64,000 bases of DNA, from the NCBI GenBank assembly GCA_964625685.1, contig CAZVBO010000003.1, positions 298 to 64,297 on the forward strand. Reading direction: 5' to 3'. The position numbers were made by a program, and so were the translations under genes. Below the pieces are notes generated by a model. It searched no databases and had not been told where the DNA came from. It saw only the letters and a list, made by a program, of their open reading frames with translations. The stretch comes from an uncultured Pseudomonadales bacterium. Lineage in GTDB: Bacteria > Patescibacteriota > Microgenomatia > UBA1400 > PJMF01. The stretch's first letter is position 1. Each line of letters starts with the position of its first letter. Below, piece by piece: positions 37,389-47,222 of the stretch.

Positions 37389-37913
37389 TTAATTTGAGGT
37401 TTCTGAACTAGAAAACTGTGAACCAAAGCCTGCTCCTCTTGGTTCCCATGACTCTCCATTTCTGCGTCCAAAATCACCACGACCAATCACACTTTGGTCA
37501 ATCCCCTGACTTTCAAACCATGTTTTCATTTCATCATGGAGGCTCTCCATCTGAGATCGCCGTTCATCCATCGACAAATCTTGTAAGTTTGCCATCTGTT
37601 GTTGCATTTCAGCTTCTTTAGCTAAAATAGCTGTTTTTTGATCTTCAGTGATCTTGCCATCACTCACAGCCTGACTCAACTGTTCCTCTCGTCGAGATTG
37701 CATTTCTGCTTGGCGCTGAGTGTGTTCTTCCTGACGATACTCATCAAATACCGTTTGGACTTCATCTTGGTTAAGTCCAAAATGTTCAGCTATTTTTTGG
37801 ATTAATGATGACTGATCAGCGGGACCTTGAGCTTGAACCATCGACCAATTGGCTAAACCTGCTAGTGACATCACTCCCACCGTAGCGGCTGATAAAATTA
37901 CTTTTTTATTCAT
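37389..37913 (-). CDS. secreted periplasmic protein, Spy/CpxP/ZraP-like (LTxxQ-type) candidate
   Basis: Signal peptide MNKKVILSAATVGVMSLAGLA. Helical, Q/E-rich with ITEDQ- and LNQDE-type motifs. Located directly downstream of the RR-HK pair. Confidence 0.35.
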   Translation of the reverse strand: MNKKVILSAATVGVMSLAGLANWSMVQAQGPADQSSLIQKIAEHFGLNQDEVQTVFDEYRQEEHTQRQAEMQSRREEQLSQAVSDGKITEDQKTAILAKEAEMQQQMANLQDLSMDERRSQMESLHDEMKTWFESQGIDQSVIGRGDFGRRNGESWEPRGAGFGSQFSSSETSN

Positions 37914-38027
37914 GGCACTCCTTTTTTTAACTTCAGGCCTTGAGTTCTAATTGTATAGTCGACAATTTACAATTTTAGCTGAAGCCATTTGATGTTAATT
38001 CAAATAATAAAGGACAAACTTGAAAAA

Positions 38028-39101
38028 TTACTGAGAAGGAAAAGTGACCACAAACTCACTTCCTTGATGAAGCTTACTCTTGACCTCAATTTCTCCATTG
38101 TGAGCAATCACTATCTGCTTAGCTAAACTCAAGCCTAAGCCGAAACCTTCCGCCCCGGTTTCAGATTTTGTCCGAGCAGGATCGGCTCGATAAAAACGAT
38201 CGAAAATATGAGGCATATCTTTTTTACTGATTCCAATTCCAGTATCCTTGATTACCACTTTGATTTTCCCCTTTTGTTGAATTAATTGAAGTGAAACTTT
38301 TCCATGCGTTGGAGTATACTTCACCGCATTATCAAGCAGTATCAAAAATAGCTGATACAGCTGAGTTGAACTGCCTCTGAGACTAGTTTTAGTCATTGAT
38401 TGGTGAAAAAAAATCTCTTTTGATTTGGCTAAAATCTGCACTTGAGCCACCACTGATTTCAGAATTTGATCAAGCCTAACGTGCTCAATTTTTGAGTTTT
38501 GATCCGCAACTTGTGTCTCATTGAGAGAGGTCAGTAAGAGTCGATCCGTCAACTGTTGGAGATTGTTAACCGCCTCTAAATTTTCTTCAATCGTTTGACG
38601 TATTTCAGCATTTAAATGCTTGTCTAGAAGGGTCACCTCTAAAGAAGTTTTCATAATTGTTAGCGGAGTTCTCAATTCATGAGAAGCATCGGCCACAAAT
38701 TGGATTTGTTCTTGATGAGCTACTTCAATTGGCTGAAGTACTTTCCCAGCTAAAAAGTAACTAACGAGAGCACTTCCACCAAAAATAATACTATTGGCAA
38801 TCAGCAATCGAATGAAAAAATAGTGCCGTGCTTCTGTAAGTTCATTGGCAAACAGAGTTTGAATTTCCGTGGGACTGAGAACAAAGTTTCCATTGGGATC
38901 ACGGGGAAGTGGTGACCCAAAACGGTTGTTGATTCTCCCTTCTGCCCGGCGAAACGTATCCACGAGGTGAATATCAATAGCCTGGTAAATGATGGCACTA
39001 AAAAAGAGACTAATCACCATCACAATTAAGGTAAACCAAATCGTTAATTGCACTCGGGCTGATTTAAACATGCTTATCTCCCACCATATATCCAAAGCCA
39101 C
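38028..39101 (-). CDS. sensor histidine kinase (HAMP-less, HisKA plus HATPase_c)
   Basis: H-box VADASHELRTPLT, G-boxes DTGIGI and GFGLGLS, and two N-terminal TM helices. Confidence 0.85.
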   Translation of the reverse strand: MALDIWWEISMFKSARVQLTIWFTLIVMVISLFFSAIIYQAIDIHLVDTFRRAEGRINNRFGSPLPRDPNGNFVLSPTEIQTLFANELTEARHYFFIRLLIANSIIFGGSALVSYFLAGKVLQPIEVAHQEQIQFVADASHELRTPLTIMKTSLEVTLLDKHLNAEIRQTIEENLEAVNNLQQLTDRLLLTSLNETQVADQNSKIEHVRLDQILKSVVAQVQILAKSKEIFFHQSMTKTSLRGSSTQLYQLFLILLDNAVKYTPTHGKVSLQLIQQKGKIKVVIKDTGIGISKKDMPHIFDRFYRADPARTKSETGAEGFGLGLSLAKQIVIAHNGEIEVKSKLHQGSEFVVTFPSQ

Positions 39102-39747
39102 GAATAGTGTGAATTAAGCTCTGGCTGGTAGCAAAATTCCGATCTATTTTTTTTCGCAAATAACCAATATAAACTTCTACCGTATTCGGTAACACATCCG
39201 AGTCATACTCCCAAACATGCTGAATGATTTGATCCTTGGTCATTATTTTATTTTTATGAAGAAGCAAGTACTCTAACAAATTATACTCACGCTTAGAAAG
39301 TTTAATTAGTTTTCCCGCTCGCCTCACTTCAAAACTGTCTGTATCTATGGTGAGATCAGCAATTTTTAATACACTTTGCCTAATTTCTACTGGACGCTTA
39401 GTCAAAGATTTAATACGAGCTAATAATTCTTCAAAAGCAAAAGGCTTGACCAAATAGTCATCGGCACCGGCTTCAAAACCAGCCAATTTATCCTGAAGCT
39501 GACCTTTAGCCGTTAATAACAAAATTGGCGTGGCCACCTTTTCTTGTCGCAACCTACGGCTTACTTCAAGACCATTCATTTGGGGCAACATCACATCGAG
39601 CACAATCAAGTCATAGGCACCATCCATTCCTAAATCAAATCCTTCCTGACCATCATAAGCCACATCAACCGCGTACCGAGATTGTTCCAACCCTTTTTTC
39701 AAGAATTTAGCAATTTTCTGTTCGTCTTCGACAATCAAAATTTTCAT
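39064..39747 (-). CDS. OmpR-family response regulator
   Basis: Receiver domain MKILIVEDEQ...LDVMLP and a winged-helix trans_reg_C C-terminus. Confidence 0.85.
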   Translation of the reverse strand: MKILIVEDEQKIAKFLKKGLEQSRYAVDVAYDGQEGFDLGMDGAYDLIVLDVMLPQMNGLEVSRRLRQEKVATPILLLTAKGQLQDKLAGFEAGADDYLVKPFAFEELLARIKSLTKRPVEIRQSVLKIADLTIDTDSFEVRRAGKLIKLSKREYNLLEYLLLHKNKIMTKDQIIQHVWEYDSDVLPNTVEVYIGYLRKKIDRNFATSQSLIHTIRGFGYMVGDKHV

Positions 39748-39822
39748 AATAAATTTGACCCATATTATATACTTTTGCTGAAAGAATACTGAGAAATAAA
39801 CGGTGGTAGAATAAAAGACGTC

Positions 39823-40899
39823 ATGAATTCCCTTCCCAAAAAATTCTGGTATCTCCTCATTCCCACAGTGATTTTGACATTAGCTGCCTCGATTGTGATT
39901 TCCTATCGTTACTGGCATCACCAGCCTCTTTCACTCACTTTGAATCATACCCAACCTCATATTCAAACCGAACCCGTTAACACCCAAGAACCACCTACTC
40001 AACTCAACGTTGTCCTACTGGGATATGGCGGTGCTGGCCATGAAGGTGGTTTTTTGACTGATGTGATTCAGGTGGTCAATGTCAACTTTGAAACCCAGAA
40101 AATTGCCTTAATTTCTATTCCCCGTGATTTGTGGGTAGAATTGCCCAACGGCAAAAAAGCCAAAGTCAATGAAGCTTTTACTTTGGGTGAAGATGCCAAT
40201 CAGCCTGTTCTGTCTGGGGGTGAAGTTTCCAAACAAATGGCTTCGGCTATCACTGGATTACCCATCAATTACTTCATTGCCGTTGATTTTGTAGGATTTC
40301 AGCGATTGATAGGGTATACCTTAGATGGGATTGAGATCGATAATCCTGAAACTCTAGATGATCCCTGGTATCCCCTTAAAGGTGAAGAGCTCAATACCTG
40401 TGGCATGACTCCCGAAGAGGTAGCTGAAGTCAGCCAACAATATTCAGGCTTTGAGTTAGAAAAACAATTTGAGTGCCGCTATGAACATCTCCACTATCCA
40501 GCAGGTAAAATTATGATGGAAGGAGGGGATGCTTTGAAATATGTTCGTTCCCGCCACGGCTCACCAGGAGGTGATTTCTCCCGCAGCCAACGTCAAGATG
40601 CCGTCTTGATTGGAATGAAAGATAAACTGATTTCCTTAGAGGCTCTTAATAAAGCTCCAGAAATGTACCAGACAGCAACCGAACATGTGACAACTGATCT
40701 TGACTTGGATGCGGTCAAATTCTTAGTGCCATTTTTAAAAAACGCTACCAATTTTAAGATCGACTCGGTTACCTTAAGTACGGAAAACGTCCTGATGAAT
40801 AGCAAGTCTGCCACCGGTCAATATATTCTATTACCCAAAAATGGAAACGGTTTGTGGGACAGTATTCACCAGTATATTCAGCAAGAAATTCAGCAATAG
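39823..40899 (+). CDS. LytR-CpsA-Psr (LCP) family cell-envelope phosphotransferase
   Basis: N-terminal TM. VVLLGYGGAGHEGGFLTDVIQVVNVNFETQKIALISIPRDLWV is the LCP core. Confidence 0.8.
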   Translation: MNSLPKKFWYLLIPTVILTLAASIVISYRYWHHQPLSLTLNHTQPHIQTEPVNTQEPPTQLNVVLLGYGGAGHEGGFLTDVIQVVNVNFETQKIALISIPRDLWVELPNGKKAKVNEAFTLGEDANQPVLSGGEVSKQMASAITGLPINYFIAVDFVGFQRLIGYTLDGIEIDNPETLDDPWYPLKGEELNTCGMTPEEVAEVSQQYSGFELEKQFECRYEHLHYPAGKIMMEGGDALKYVRSRHGSPGGDFSRSQRQDAVLIGMKDKLISLEALNKAPEMYQTATEHVTTDLDLDAVKFLVPFLKNATNFKIDSVTLSTENVLMNSKSATGQYILLPKNGNGLWDSIHQYIQQEIQQ

Positions 40900-42663
40900 T
40901 TACCGCACAAATCGGGAGTACATTTCAAAATAAGCGCCTTTTTTAGCGAGTAATTCTTGGTGAGTCCCCGATTCCACCACTGTATTATTATTAATCACGA
41001 TAATCAAATCGCTATTAAAAATAGTACTCAACCGATGAGCAATAATGAAGCTGGTAATATTCTTAGTTGACTTTTCAATAGCTGTTTGAACCATTTTTTC
41101 TGACTGAGTATCAATCTTGGCCGTAGCTTCGTCTAAAATGAGGACTTTGGGATGACGCAATAACACCCGAGCTAGTGCAATAATTTGACGCTGTCCCGCA
41201 CTCATGTTCTGACCATTGGGGTCCACCATCGTATCCAGACCTTTTGGTAAGCCTTGGAGAAACTTTTTAGCTCCCAAAAGCGTAAATATTTCTTCGGCTT
41301 GCTTTCGAGTCACACTTTCATTGTTGTAGGTTAAATTATGATAGATCGTATCTTCAAATAAGAAGGTGTCCTGAATTAAATACCCAATCTGACTCCGCAG
41401 AGTTGGTAAGTCCCATTCAGTCACATTGACTCCATCTACCAATACTGCCCCTTCGCTAACGTCATATAACCGGGCAATTAAATTGACAAAAGTCGTTTTG
41501 CCGGCACCAGTCGGACCAACTACGGCAACTGACTGACCAGCTTTCACTTTCAAATTAAAGTCTTTCAAAGCCGGTTTAGGATCGTCATCATACCGAAAAA
41601 CAACATTTTTAAATTCAACATCTCCTCGAACTTTATTTGAACGTGGGTGGTAGCCTTTCTCGGGTTCTTTAATGGTGGTTTCTAAATGAAGGATTTGATC
41701 CAATCTCTCAGCCGCCACCAGTCCTTTTTGAAGGTTCATCCAAATTTGAGACACTCCATTCATTTTCTTAAACACACTAAATGCATAAGAAACAAACACG
41801 ACCACGGTTCCAGCCAACATTTCGGCTCTTGAATACAAAAGTAAGGCATAAAATAGCGTCAATAAAGTTGCAATATTAGACACAAAAGTCAAAAACCCTT
41901 CTGAGGTCACCGACACCAGTAACATTCTTTTGACAAAATCAAGATAATGCTGATTCTTACGAGAATATCGATCATACCAAGTTTGTTGCTGATTATACGC
42001 TAGGATGACTTTGTGCCCATCCAAAGTTTCTTTGTCAAATGAAGTGAGATTACTATCCAAAGCCAGGTACTCCTTGTTGAGTCGATGTAAAAAACGTCCT
42101 TGGATTAACAAAAAGATCAATAAACCCAATACTCCAGCTAAAGAAATGAGACTCACTCGCCAATCGGTCCAAAACATAAACACAAAAATCAGCACCAACG
42201 AGAAAAACAAATTCATAAATCGCAGAAAACCATCTTGAAAAAAACGGTCAATATCAGATACATTTTCAGTGATTCGCTGAATAATTTCACCTGATTGGTT
42301 TTGAAAGTAAAAAGAAACTGGCAAATTTTGTAATTTTTTAAACACATCTCGACGAACATCATAGAGTACTTTTTGACTGACTGTTCCCGCCAGCAAAGTC
42401 TGCCAATATTGAGCTAAGGTACTCACTAAAACGATCACTACTCCTATGCCACTGGCCCACCATAAACGTTGGGTATCGGCCGTTAACACAAAATGATTGA
42501 TGGCATACTCCGTTAATTTGGGAATGGCGGTACTGCCCAAAGTGTAGACAAACAGTAAAGCAAACATCCCGATTAATCGCCATTTATAGTGATCAAAATA
42601 ACGGATGATGAATCGTAAACCATCCTGAGATTTAGATTGAAGTTGAGTCAATTGATAATTCAT
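40900..42663 (-). CDS. ABC exporter, fused permease-ATPase subunit (heterodimeric multidrug/lipid exporter type)
   Basis: Six TM segments, then Walker A GPTGAGKTT, ABC signature LSGGQRQ and Walker B ILDEAT. Start chosen at the ATG 42661-42663, which abuts the upstream partner stop; the ORF track extends to 42765. Confidence 0.8.
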   Translation of the reverse strand: MNYQLTQLQSKSQDGLRFIIRYFDHYKWRLIGMFALLFVYTLGSTAIPKLTEYAINHFVLTADTQRLWWASGIGVVIVLVSTLAQYWQTLLAGTVSQKVLYDVRRDVFKKLQNLPVSFYFQNQSGEIIQRITENVSDIDRFFQDGFLRFMNLFFSLVLIFVFMFWTDWRVSLISLAGVLGLLIFLLIQGRFLHRLNKEYLALDSNLTSFDKETLDGHKVILAYNQQQTWYDRYSRKNQHYLDFVKRMLLVSVTSEGFLTFVSNIATLLTLFYALLLYSRAEMLAGTVVVFVSYAFSVFKKMNGVSQIWMNLQKGLVAAERLDQILHLETTIKEPEKGYHPRSNKVRGDVEFKNVVFRYDDDPKPALKDFNLKVKAGQSVAVVGPTGAGKTTFVNLIARLYDVSEGAVLVDGVNVTEWDLPTLRSQIGYLIQDTFLFEDTIYHNLTYNNESVTRKQAEEIFTLLGAKKFLQGLPKGLDTMVDPNGQNMSAGQRQIIALARVLLRHPKVLILDEATAKIDTQSEKMVQTAIEKSTKNITSFIIAHRLSTIFNSDLIIVINNNTVVESGTHQELLAKKGAYFEMYSRFVR

Positions 42664-42664
42664 A

Positions 42665-44371
42665 TTACGCTTTACTATAATTTCGCTGGGTGAGTTCCAT
42701 CTCCTGATAAAAAACAGATGAATGCAACAGTTGCTGATGTTTTCCTTCAGCCGTAATTTGACCATTTTCTAGCACGTAAATCCAATCACTATTTTTGACT
42801 GAAGCTACTTTTTGTGAAACTAAACAGACAGCTGGTTGTTGTAAATGTTGATTGACATTGTCCATAATCATTTTTTCAGTTTTTGCATCCAAATTACTGG
42901 TCACATCATCTAAAATGATCACGTCCGGATTTCCTGCTACCGCTCGAGCAATATTTACCCGTTGCTTTTGACCACCTGAAAGTCTGCGCCCAGCTTCCCC
43001 CACTTGATAGTGAACTCCCTGATCAAATTTGTTAACAAATTCACTTACTTGAGCGATCTCCATGGCCGAACGAACGGTTGACGCAGCCAGTTTTCGGCCA
43101 AACAAAATATTCTCTTCAATTGAATCATCTAACAAAAAATTTTCTTGAAAAGCAAAGCCTATCCGTTGCCTCAGGAGATGAACATCATAATTTTTAATGT
43201 CACTGCCATTAATCAATATTTGGCCACTAGTCGGTTCAATTAACCTCGCCATCAATTGTAAAATAGTTGTTTTCCCCGAACCAACCACTCCAACCAACGC
43301 AATTTGCCTTCCTGCTTCTAACTTCAGTGAAATATGATCCAATACTTTTTTATCACCAATCTCTAGAGACACATCTTTTAGTTCAATTCGTTCAATTTTA
43401 GTCAATTTTTGAGATCCACTTTCAAAATCACTGGATGAACTTAAAATATGAGTAATCCGATTGAGCGATACCATCGCTTGTCCGATTAAAGCCGACATCA
43501 TCCCTACCATCAGGAGTGACATGGTAAACAACATCACATAGTTAATAAAAATCGTAATTTCACCTAAGGTCATATGACCTTGAATAACTTGGCTTCCTCC
43601 CACTTGTAAGATAATGACCGAAGCTAACAGACTCACAAAATTCATACTCGGTAAAATGAAAGCCAATTTTGCAACGATTTTCTTACCTAGTTGATAGGTA
43701 TCAACATTCACTTTTTTAAACTTTTTAATTTCAAATCTCTCTGCCACAAACACTCGGATCAACATCGAGCCATTTACATTTTCATCTATAATTCGATTAA
43801 ATAAATCCCGAATCCGTCGACTTTCCTGGAATAAAACTTTAATACTAGATAGCAAACTAAACATTAAAGCTACCACAATCAGCACCATCACTAAAATAGT
43901 AATCGCTAATTTAAAATTGAGGACAAACATAAAAATGCCACTCCCTACAATCAACAACACTGTGGCAATAGACATACTGACGGCTCGACCAAAAATATCT
44001 TTCACAAAGTTAACATCACTGGTGATCACTGTCAGCACTTGAGATGGCTGATGAAGCAAAAAAAACTTTTCTGGTTGAAAGGTGATTTTTTTCATCAGCT
44101 GTTGTCGAAACATAAAGGCTACTTTTTCACTTAAAAAGTTAAAAATATAATTTTGAAAGAAAACCACCACCACACTGATCAAGCCCATTGCGACTGCCAA
44201 ACTCAACCACCAACCACTCATCTGTTGAGTAACGAAAAAATCATCCATCATTTTTGATAATACCACTGGGAAAAAGAGAGTTACCCCATTGGCTAGAATC
44301 AGGAGTACTAAACCCAATATTTGCAACACTACAAAATCTCGTTGTTTCAGAATTCGCAACAGTATTTTCAT
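42665..44371 (-). CDS. ABC exporter, fused permease-ATPase subunit (partner)
   Basis: TM domain, then Walker A GVVGSGKTT, LSGGQKQR and ILDDVTS. Confidence 0.8.
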   Translation of the reverse strand: MKILLRILKQRDFVVLQILGLVLLILANGVTLFFPVVLSKMMDDFFVTQQMSGWWLSLAVAMGLISVVVVFFQNYIFNFLSEKVAFMFRQQLMKKITFQPEKFFLLHQPSQVLTVITSDVNFVKDIFGRAVSMSIATVLLIVGSGIFMFVLNFKLAITILVMVLIVVALMFSLLSSIKVLFQESRRIRDLFNRIIDENVNGSMLIRVFVAERFEIKKFKKVNVDTYQLGKKIVAKLAFILPSMNFVSLLASVIILQVGGSQVIQGHMTLGEITIFINYVMLFTMSLLMVGMMSALIGQAMVSLNRITHILSSSSDFESGSQKLTKIERIELKDVSLEIGDKKVLDHISLKLEAGRQIALVGVVGSGKTTILQLMARLIEPTSGQILINGSDIKNYDVHLLRQRIGFAFQENFLLDDSIEENILFGRKLAASTVRSAMEIAQVSEFVNKFDQGVHYQVGEAGRRLSGGQKQRVNIARAVAGNPDVIILDDVTSNLDAKTEKMIMDNVNQHLQQPAVCLVSQKVASVKNSDWIYVLENGQITAEGKHQQLLHSSVFYQEMELTQRNYSKA

Positions 44372-45516
44372 GATTCGACAGCACCTTCAGCAACTGCCAC
44401 TGGTTGGGGGGGATGTACTAAGCGTTCAATCACCCTATCAAGGGTTAAAGGTGAAATGAGCGAAATCATTTCTAAAGTAAAAATAGAAAGCTCAAACGCA
44501 GATGGAATGTGATTGGTAATAAAATATGCACCCAATCCTACCAGTGCTGAATCCAAAAACGAATTGCGTAACATTTCTTTTTGAGTGGCATCAATAATTT
44601 TTTGATCTACACCTTGTTCTTGAGCCAATTGTCCCTTCTTCAGAATTTTAGAAATCCCAAACCAAAGTAATGTCACAAACGTCACAATCGCGGTGATGGT
44701 GTTAAAGGTTTGATTTGGTCGGGCTACGTCACCACTGAAAATTTTGAACTGGATGTGAGTTGGAAAGTGAGTCAACAAGACAAAACTGACAATCAAACTT
44801 AAGAAAAAATAGCCAGTAGCATATTTGGAAAGTTTAGGAATACGACGAGCGGCTGTTTGATTCTTTCTCATATCTCGTACAATCAACAATATGATCTGAA
44901 TCACTAGCAAGATGATCCAAACCGGTAAAATTACTTTCCACCCTAAGTTAACGGTGTGGTCTGCTACAAAATACGGCAATTTAAAAAAAGTATGTTGAAT
45001 TGGATAATTGGGATAAGGGACAAATTGGTAAAGATGAGTGGGATCTAACCGGAAGTTATAAAAGTCAGTTAAAAATAAACGACCAATTGTTAAAAATGTA
45101 GCCAGTTGAATCATAAAATCAACAATGTAAAATAAAAAAGCTTTCCTGCCGACATCAAACTCTTTCTTCATTTGTTGCAGTTGTTCAGTTTCACCATGAA
45201 TATGTTTAATCCGACTTTGAAACTCACTAATGTTTTGAGACCTCCAGACCTTAGCAATTCGCAAGGGAATTAACACCACCGTTTGAAAAACACCCAACAG
45301 AATCACGGACACCCACATATGTTGTGTTAAAGCATAAAAGGTAAAAAGAGCGCTGGCATAAAATCGGAACAGCATTCCGGAGAAAAAAGCGTAGACTAAG
45401 AAAATAATAATAGCAATGGAAACCACACTAGTGAGTGGCAACAGCTCTGTTAAGCTACTAATTCGGCTATCTTTAATAATACGGGGAGACTGAAAATCAG
45501 AGCGAGATTCCTGCAT
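44368..45516 (-). CDS. multi-pass membrane protein, YidC/Oxa1-family insertase-like
   Basis: ILLGVFQTVVLIPL...QLQQMKKEF...FLFYIVDFMIQLATFL resembles the YidC core (hydrophilic-groove helices). Five to six TM segments. Has a fragmented paralog at 57387-58013. Confidence 0.45.
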   Translation of the reverse strand: MQESRSDFQSPRIIKDSRISSLTELLPLTSVVSIAIIIFLVYAFFSGMLFRFYASALFTFYALTQHMWVSVILLGVFQTVVLIPLRIAKVWRSQNISEFQSRIKHIHGETEQLQQMKKEFDVGRKAFLFYIVDFMIQLATFLTIGRLFLTDFYNFRLDPTHLYQFVPYPNYPIQHTFFKLPYFVADHTVNLGWKVILPVWIILLVIQIILLIVRDMRKNQTAARRIPKLSKYATGYFFLSLIVSFVLLTHFPTHIQFKIFSGDVARPNQTFNTITAIVTFVTLLWFGISKILKKGQLAQEQGVDQKIIDATQKEMLRNSFLDSALVGLGAYFITNHIPSAFELSIFTLEMISLISPLTLDRVIERLVHPPQPVAVAEGAVES

Positions 45517-45604
45517 ATGTGTCGGTATCCAACCAGAAAGATCTCAATTATAGACCGTTAGTAAACTTTAATCAAAGTTAATGATACCTTTTTTGAAAAA
45601 ACTG

Positions 45605-46147
45605 CTACTCAACTAACTGAAGATCTTGAACTTTTATTATTCCAATAATGTCATATTTTTGCCACAAACTCTGGTTAGAACTTGGATCTTTTAACTGTCC
45701 ACTCACTTGTAAAAGCTCACCAGAAAAACGAGTCAATGCGGTTAGATCTAAATCGGTCATATCCAAACTGTAGTATTCACCCGTTTCAGTCTGAATCCCT
45801 AAAGCACATTCTAAAGTCATAGGACCAGAGCTGTCTCGATGTGGCAAACAAGCTTGATGCCCAGTAATGGTGATTTCTGTGGGGGAATCAATGATTTCTG
45901 TAAAACTTTGTCCTTGTGGGGTACGACATTCTCGAGGATACTTTTCTAAAATAGGAAAGCCAGCTGACTCACATTCTTGAAAGTTGGTAACTCGGCCCAC
46001 ACTTTTGCCAACTAAAATTGCATTCTGCCAGTATAACACCACGAATTGAATTACTAGGGATAGTAGCAAAAAGGTGATGGGAATGAGTACCGACAAAAAA
46101 ACGATTAACAACAGCGTTTTAGGTCTCATCAATCGATGCATAGGCAC
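45605..46147 (-). CDS. hypothetical membrane-anchored protein with Cys-containing ectodomain
   Basis: N-terminal TM (LLLIVFLSVLIPITFLLLSLVIQFVVLY) and five Cys in the extracytoplasmic part. Confidence 0.4.
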   Translation of the reverse strand: MPMHRLMRPKTLLLIVFLSVLIPITFLLLSLVIQFVVLYWQNAILVGKSVGRVTNFQECESAGFPILEKYPRECRTPQGQSFTEIIDSPTEITITGHQACLPHRDSSGPMTLECALGIQTETGEYYSLDMTDLDLTALTRFSGELLQVSGQLKDPSSNQSLWQKYDIIGIIKVQDLQLVE

Positions 46148-46153
46148 TCACTT

Positions 46154-46558
46154 TCATTTAGACTCATCAAGCGAAGTTATACCGTCGAAGTGATCTTCCT
46201 TTTCATCAGCCAAAGTTGGCTGTACAGTATCTTTCTGGTGTTCCGGTGGTGAATATAAAGTGTATAACTTGAGTTCAGACTCGCCAGTATTAATCACTTG
46301 GTGCCAAGTTCCGGCTGGGACAATAATAGCAAAATCAGCTTCAGCAATGTACTCTTCAGCTCCGTTATCTAAAATAAATTTGGCTTGACCTTGCTCCACT
46401 CGAATAAATTGATCCAAACCATGGATCTCATTATGAATCTGGTCTCCTGGTTTGAGTGACATCACTACTAATTGGGTATAGTGAGTCGTATAAATCACTC
46501 GACGATAATCAGTATTTTCTAAAGTTACCTTTTCAATATTATCAAAAAATGCCTTCAT
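46154..46558 (-). CDS. cupin domain protein
   Basis: Conserved cupin motifs (HxH...E...G...H region: IHNEIHGLDQFIRVEQGQAKF...AGTWHQVINTG). Confidence 0.55.
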   Translation of the reverse strand: MKAFFDNIEKVTLENTDYRRVIYTTHYTQLVVMSLKPGDQIHNEIHGLDQFIRVEQGQAKFILDNGAEEYIAEADFAIIVPAGTWHQVINTGESELKLYTLYSPPEHQKDTVQPTLADEKEDHFDGITSLDESK

Positions 46559-46608
46559 ACATCCTGCTTTCTCCAGCTGATATTTCTTATATCAACTATA
46601 ACACATGC

Positions 46609-47214
46609 TCAAAGTTGTGTGGAGTCTGAACAAACCTCACTCCATAAGCCAAGTTGCTGTTCTCTAGCTTGAGCTTCAGCTCGACGAAACAAATCCTGAT
46701 ATTTCACATCTGGTGGATATGAAGTGGCACGAGCATAGCCTTCTTTGACCAGAAGTTCATTAATCATAACCCCATCTTGATAAACATAGCGTAATAATCG
46801 ACCATACCGATCGGTTTCACTGACGTCCTTTTCTAATTCTACCTGTTGTCCTTCTACCAGTTCCTTATTTTTTTGGGAAGCTTCTTGACCATAACACCCT
46901 ACCGGTCGATTGGGGTCTTTGGTTTCGGGCGTATCAATGCCAATGTAACGAATCGTTTGACCATCGGTGGTTTTGATAGTATCTCCATCTACGACTCGAC
47001 TAATAGTTACTACTTCTCGCCCAGCAGCCAAAACGGCTCCATCACTGACCAAGACTGGAGAGGACAATGACACAACCTCCATCGTGGGAGAAGGAATAAG
47101 TTCCATGGGTCCTGTTTCTCCTGGAGTTTGATCAGTATAAACAGACCAGAAAGTCAGCATCAGAAAAAGAATAAAAGGAACTAGCCATTGTCTCAGAAAT
47201 TTACGTTTCGTCAT
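46609..47214 (-). CDS. thermonuclease (SNase-like) family protein, membrane-anchored
   Basis: VVDGDTIKTTDGQTIRYIGIDTPE and the RYGRLLRYVY SNase motifs. Start chosen at the internal ATG 47212-47214, avoiding overlap with the upstream gene; the ORF track extends to 47274. Confidence 0.75.
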   Translation of the reverse strand: MTKRKFLRQWLVPFILFLMLTFWSVYTDQTPGETGPMELIPSPTMEVVSLSSPVLVSDGAVLAAGREVVTISRVVDGDTIKTTDGQTIRYIGIDTPETKDPNRPVGCYGQEASQKNKELVEGQQVELEKDVSETDRYGRLLRYVYQDGVMINELLVKEGYARATSYPPDVKYQDLFRRAEAQAREQQLGLWSEVCSDSTQL

Positions 47215-47222
47215 GAGCTTAT

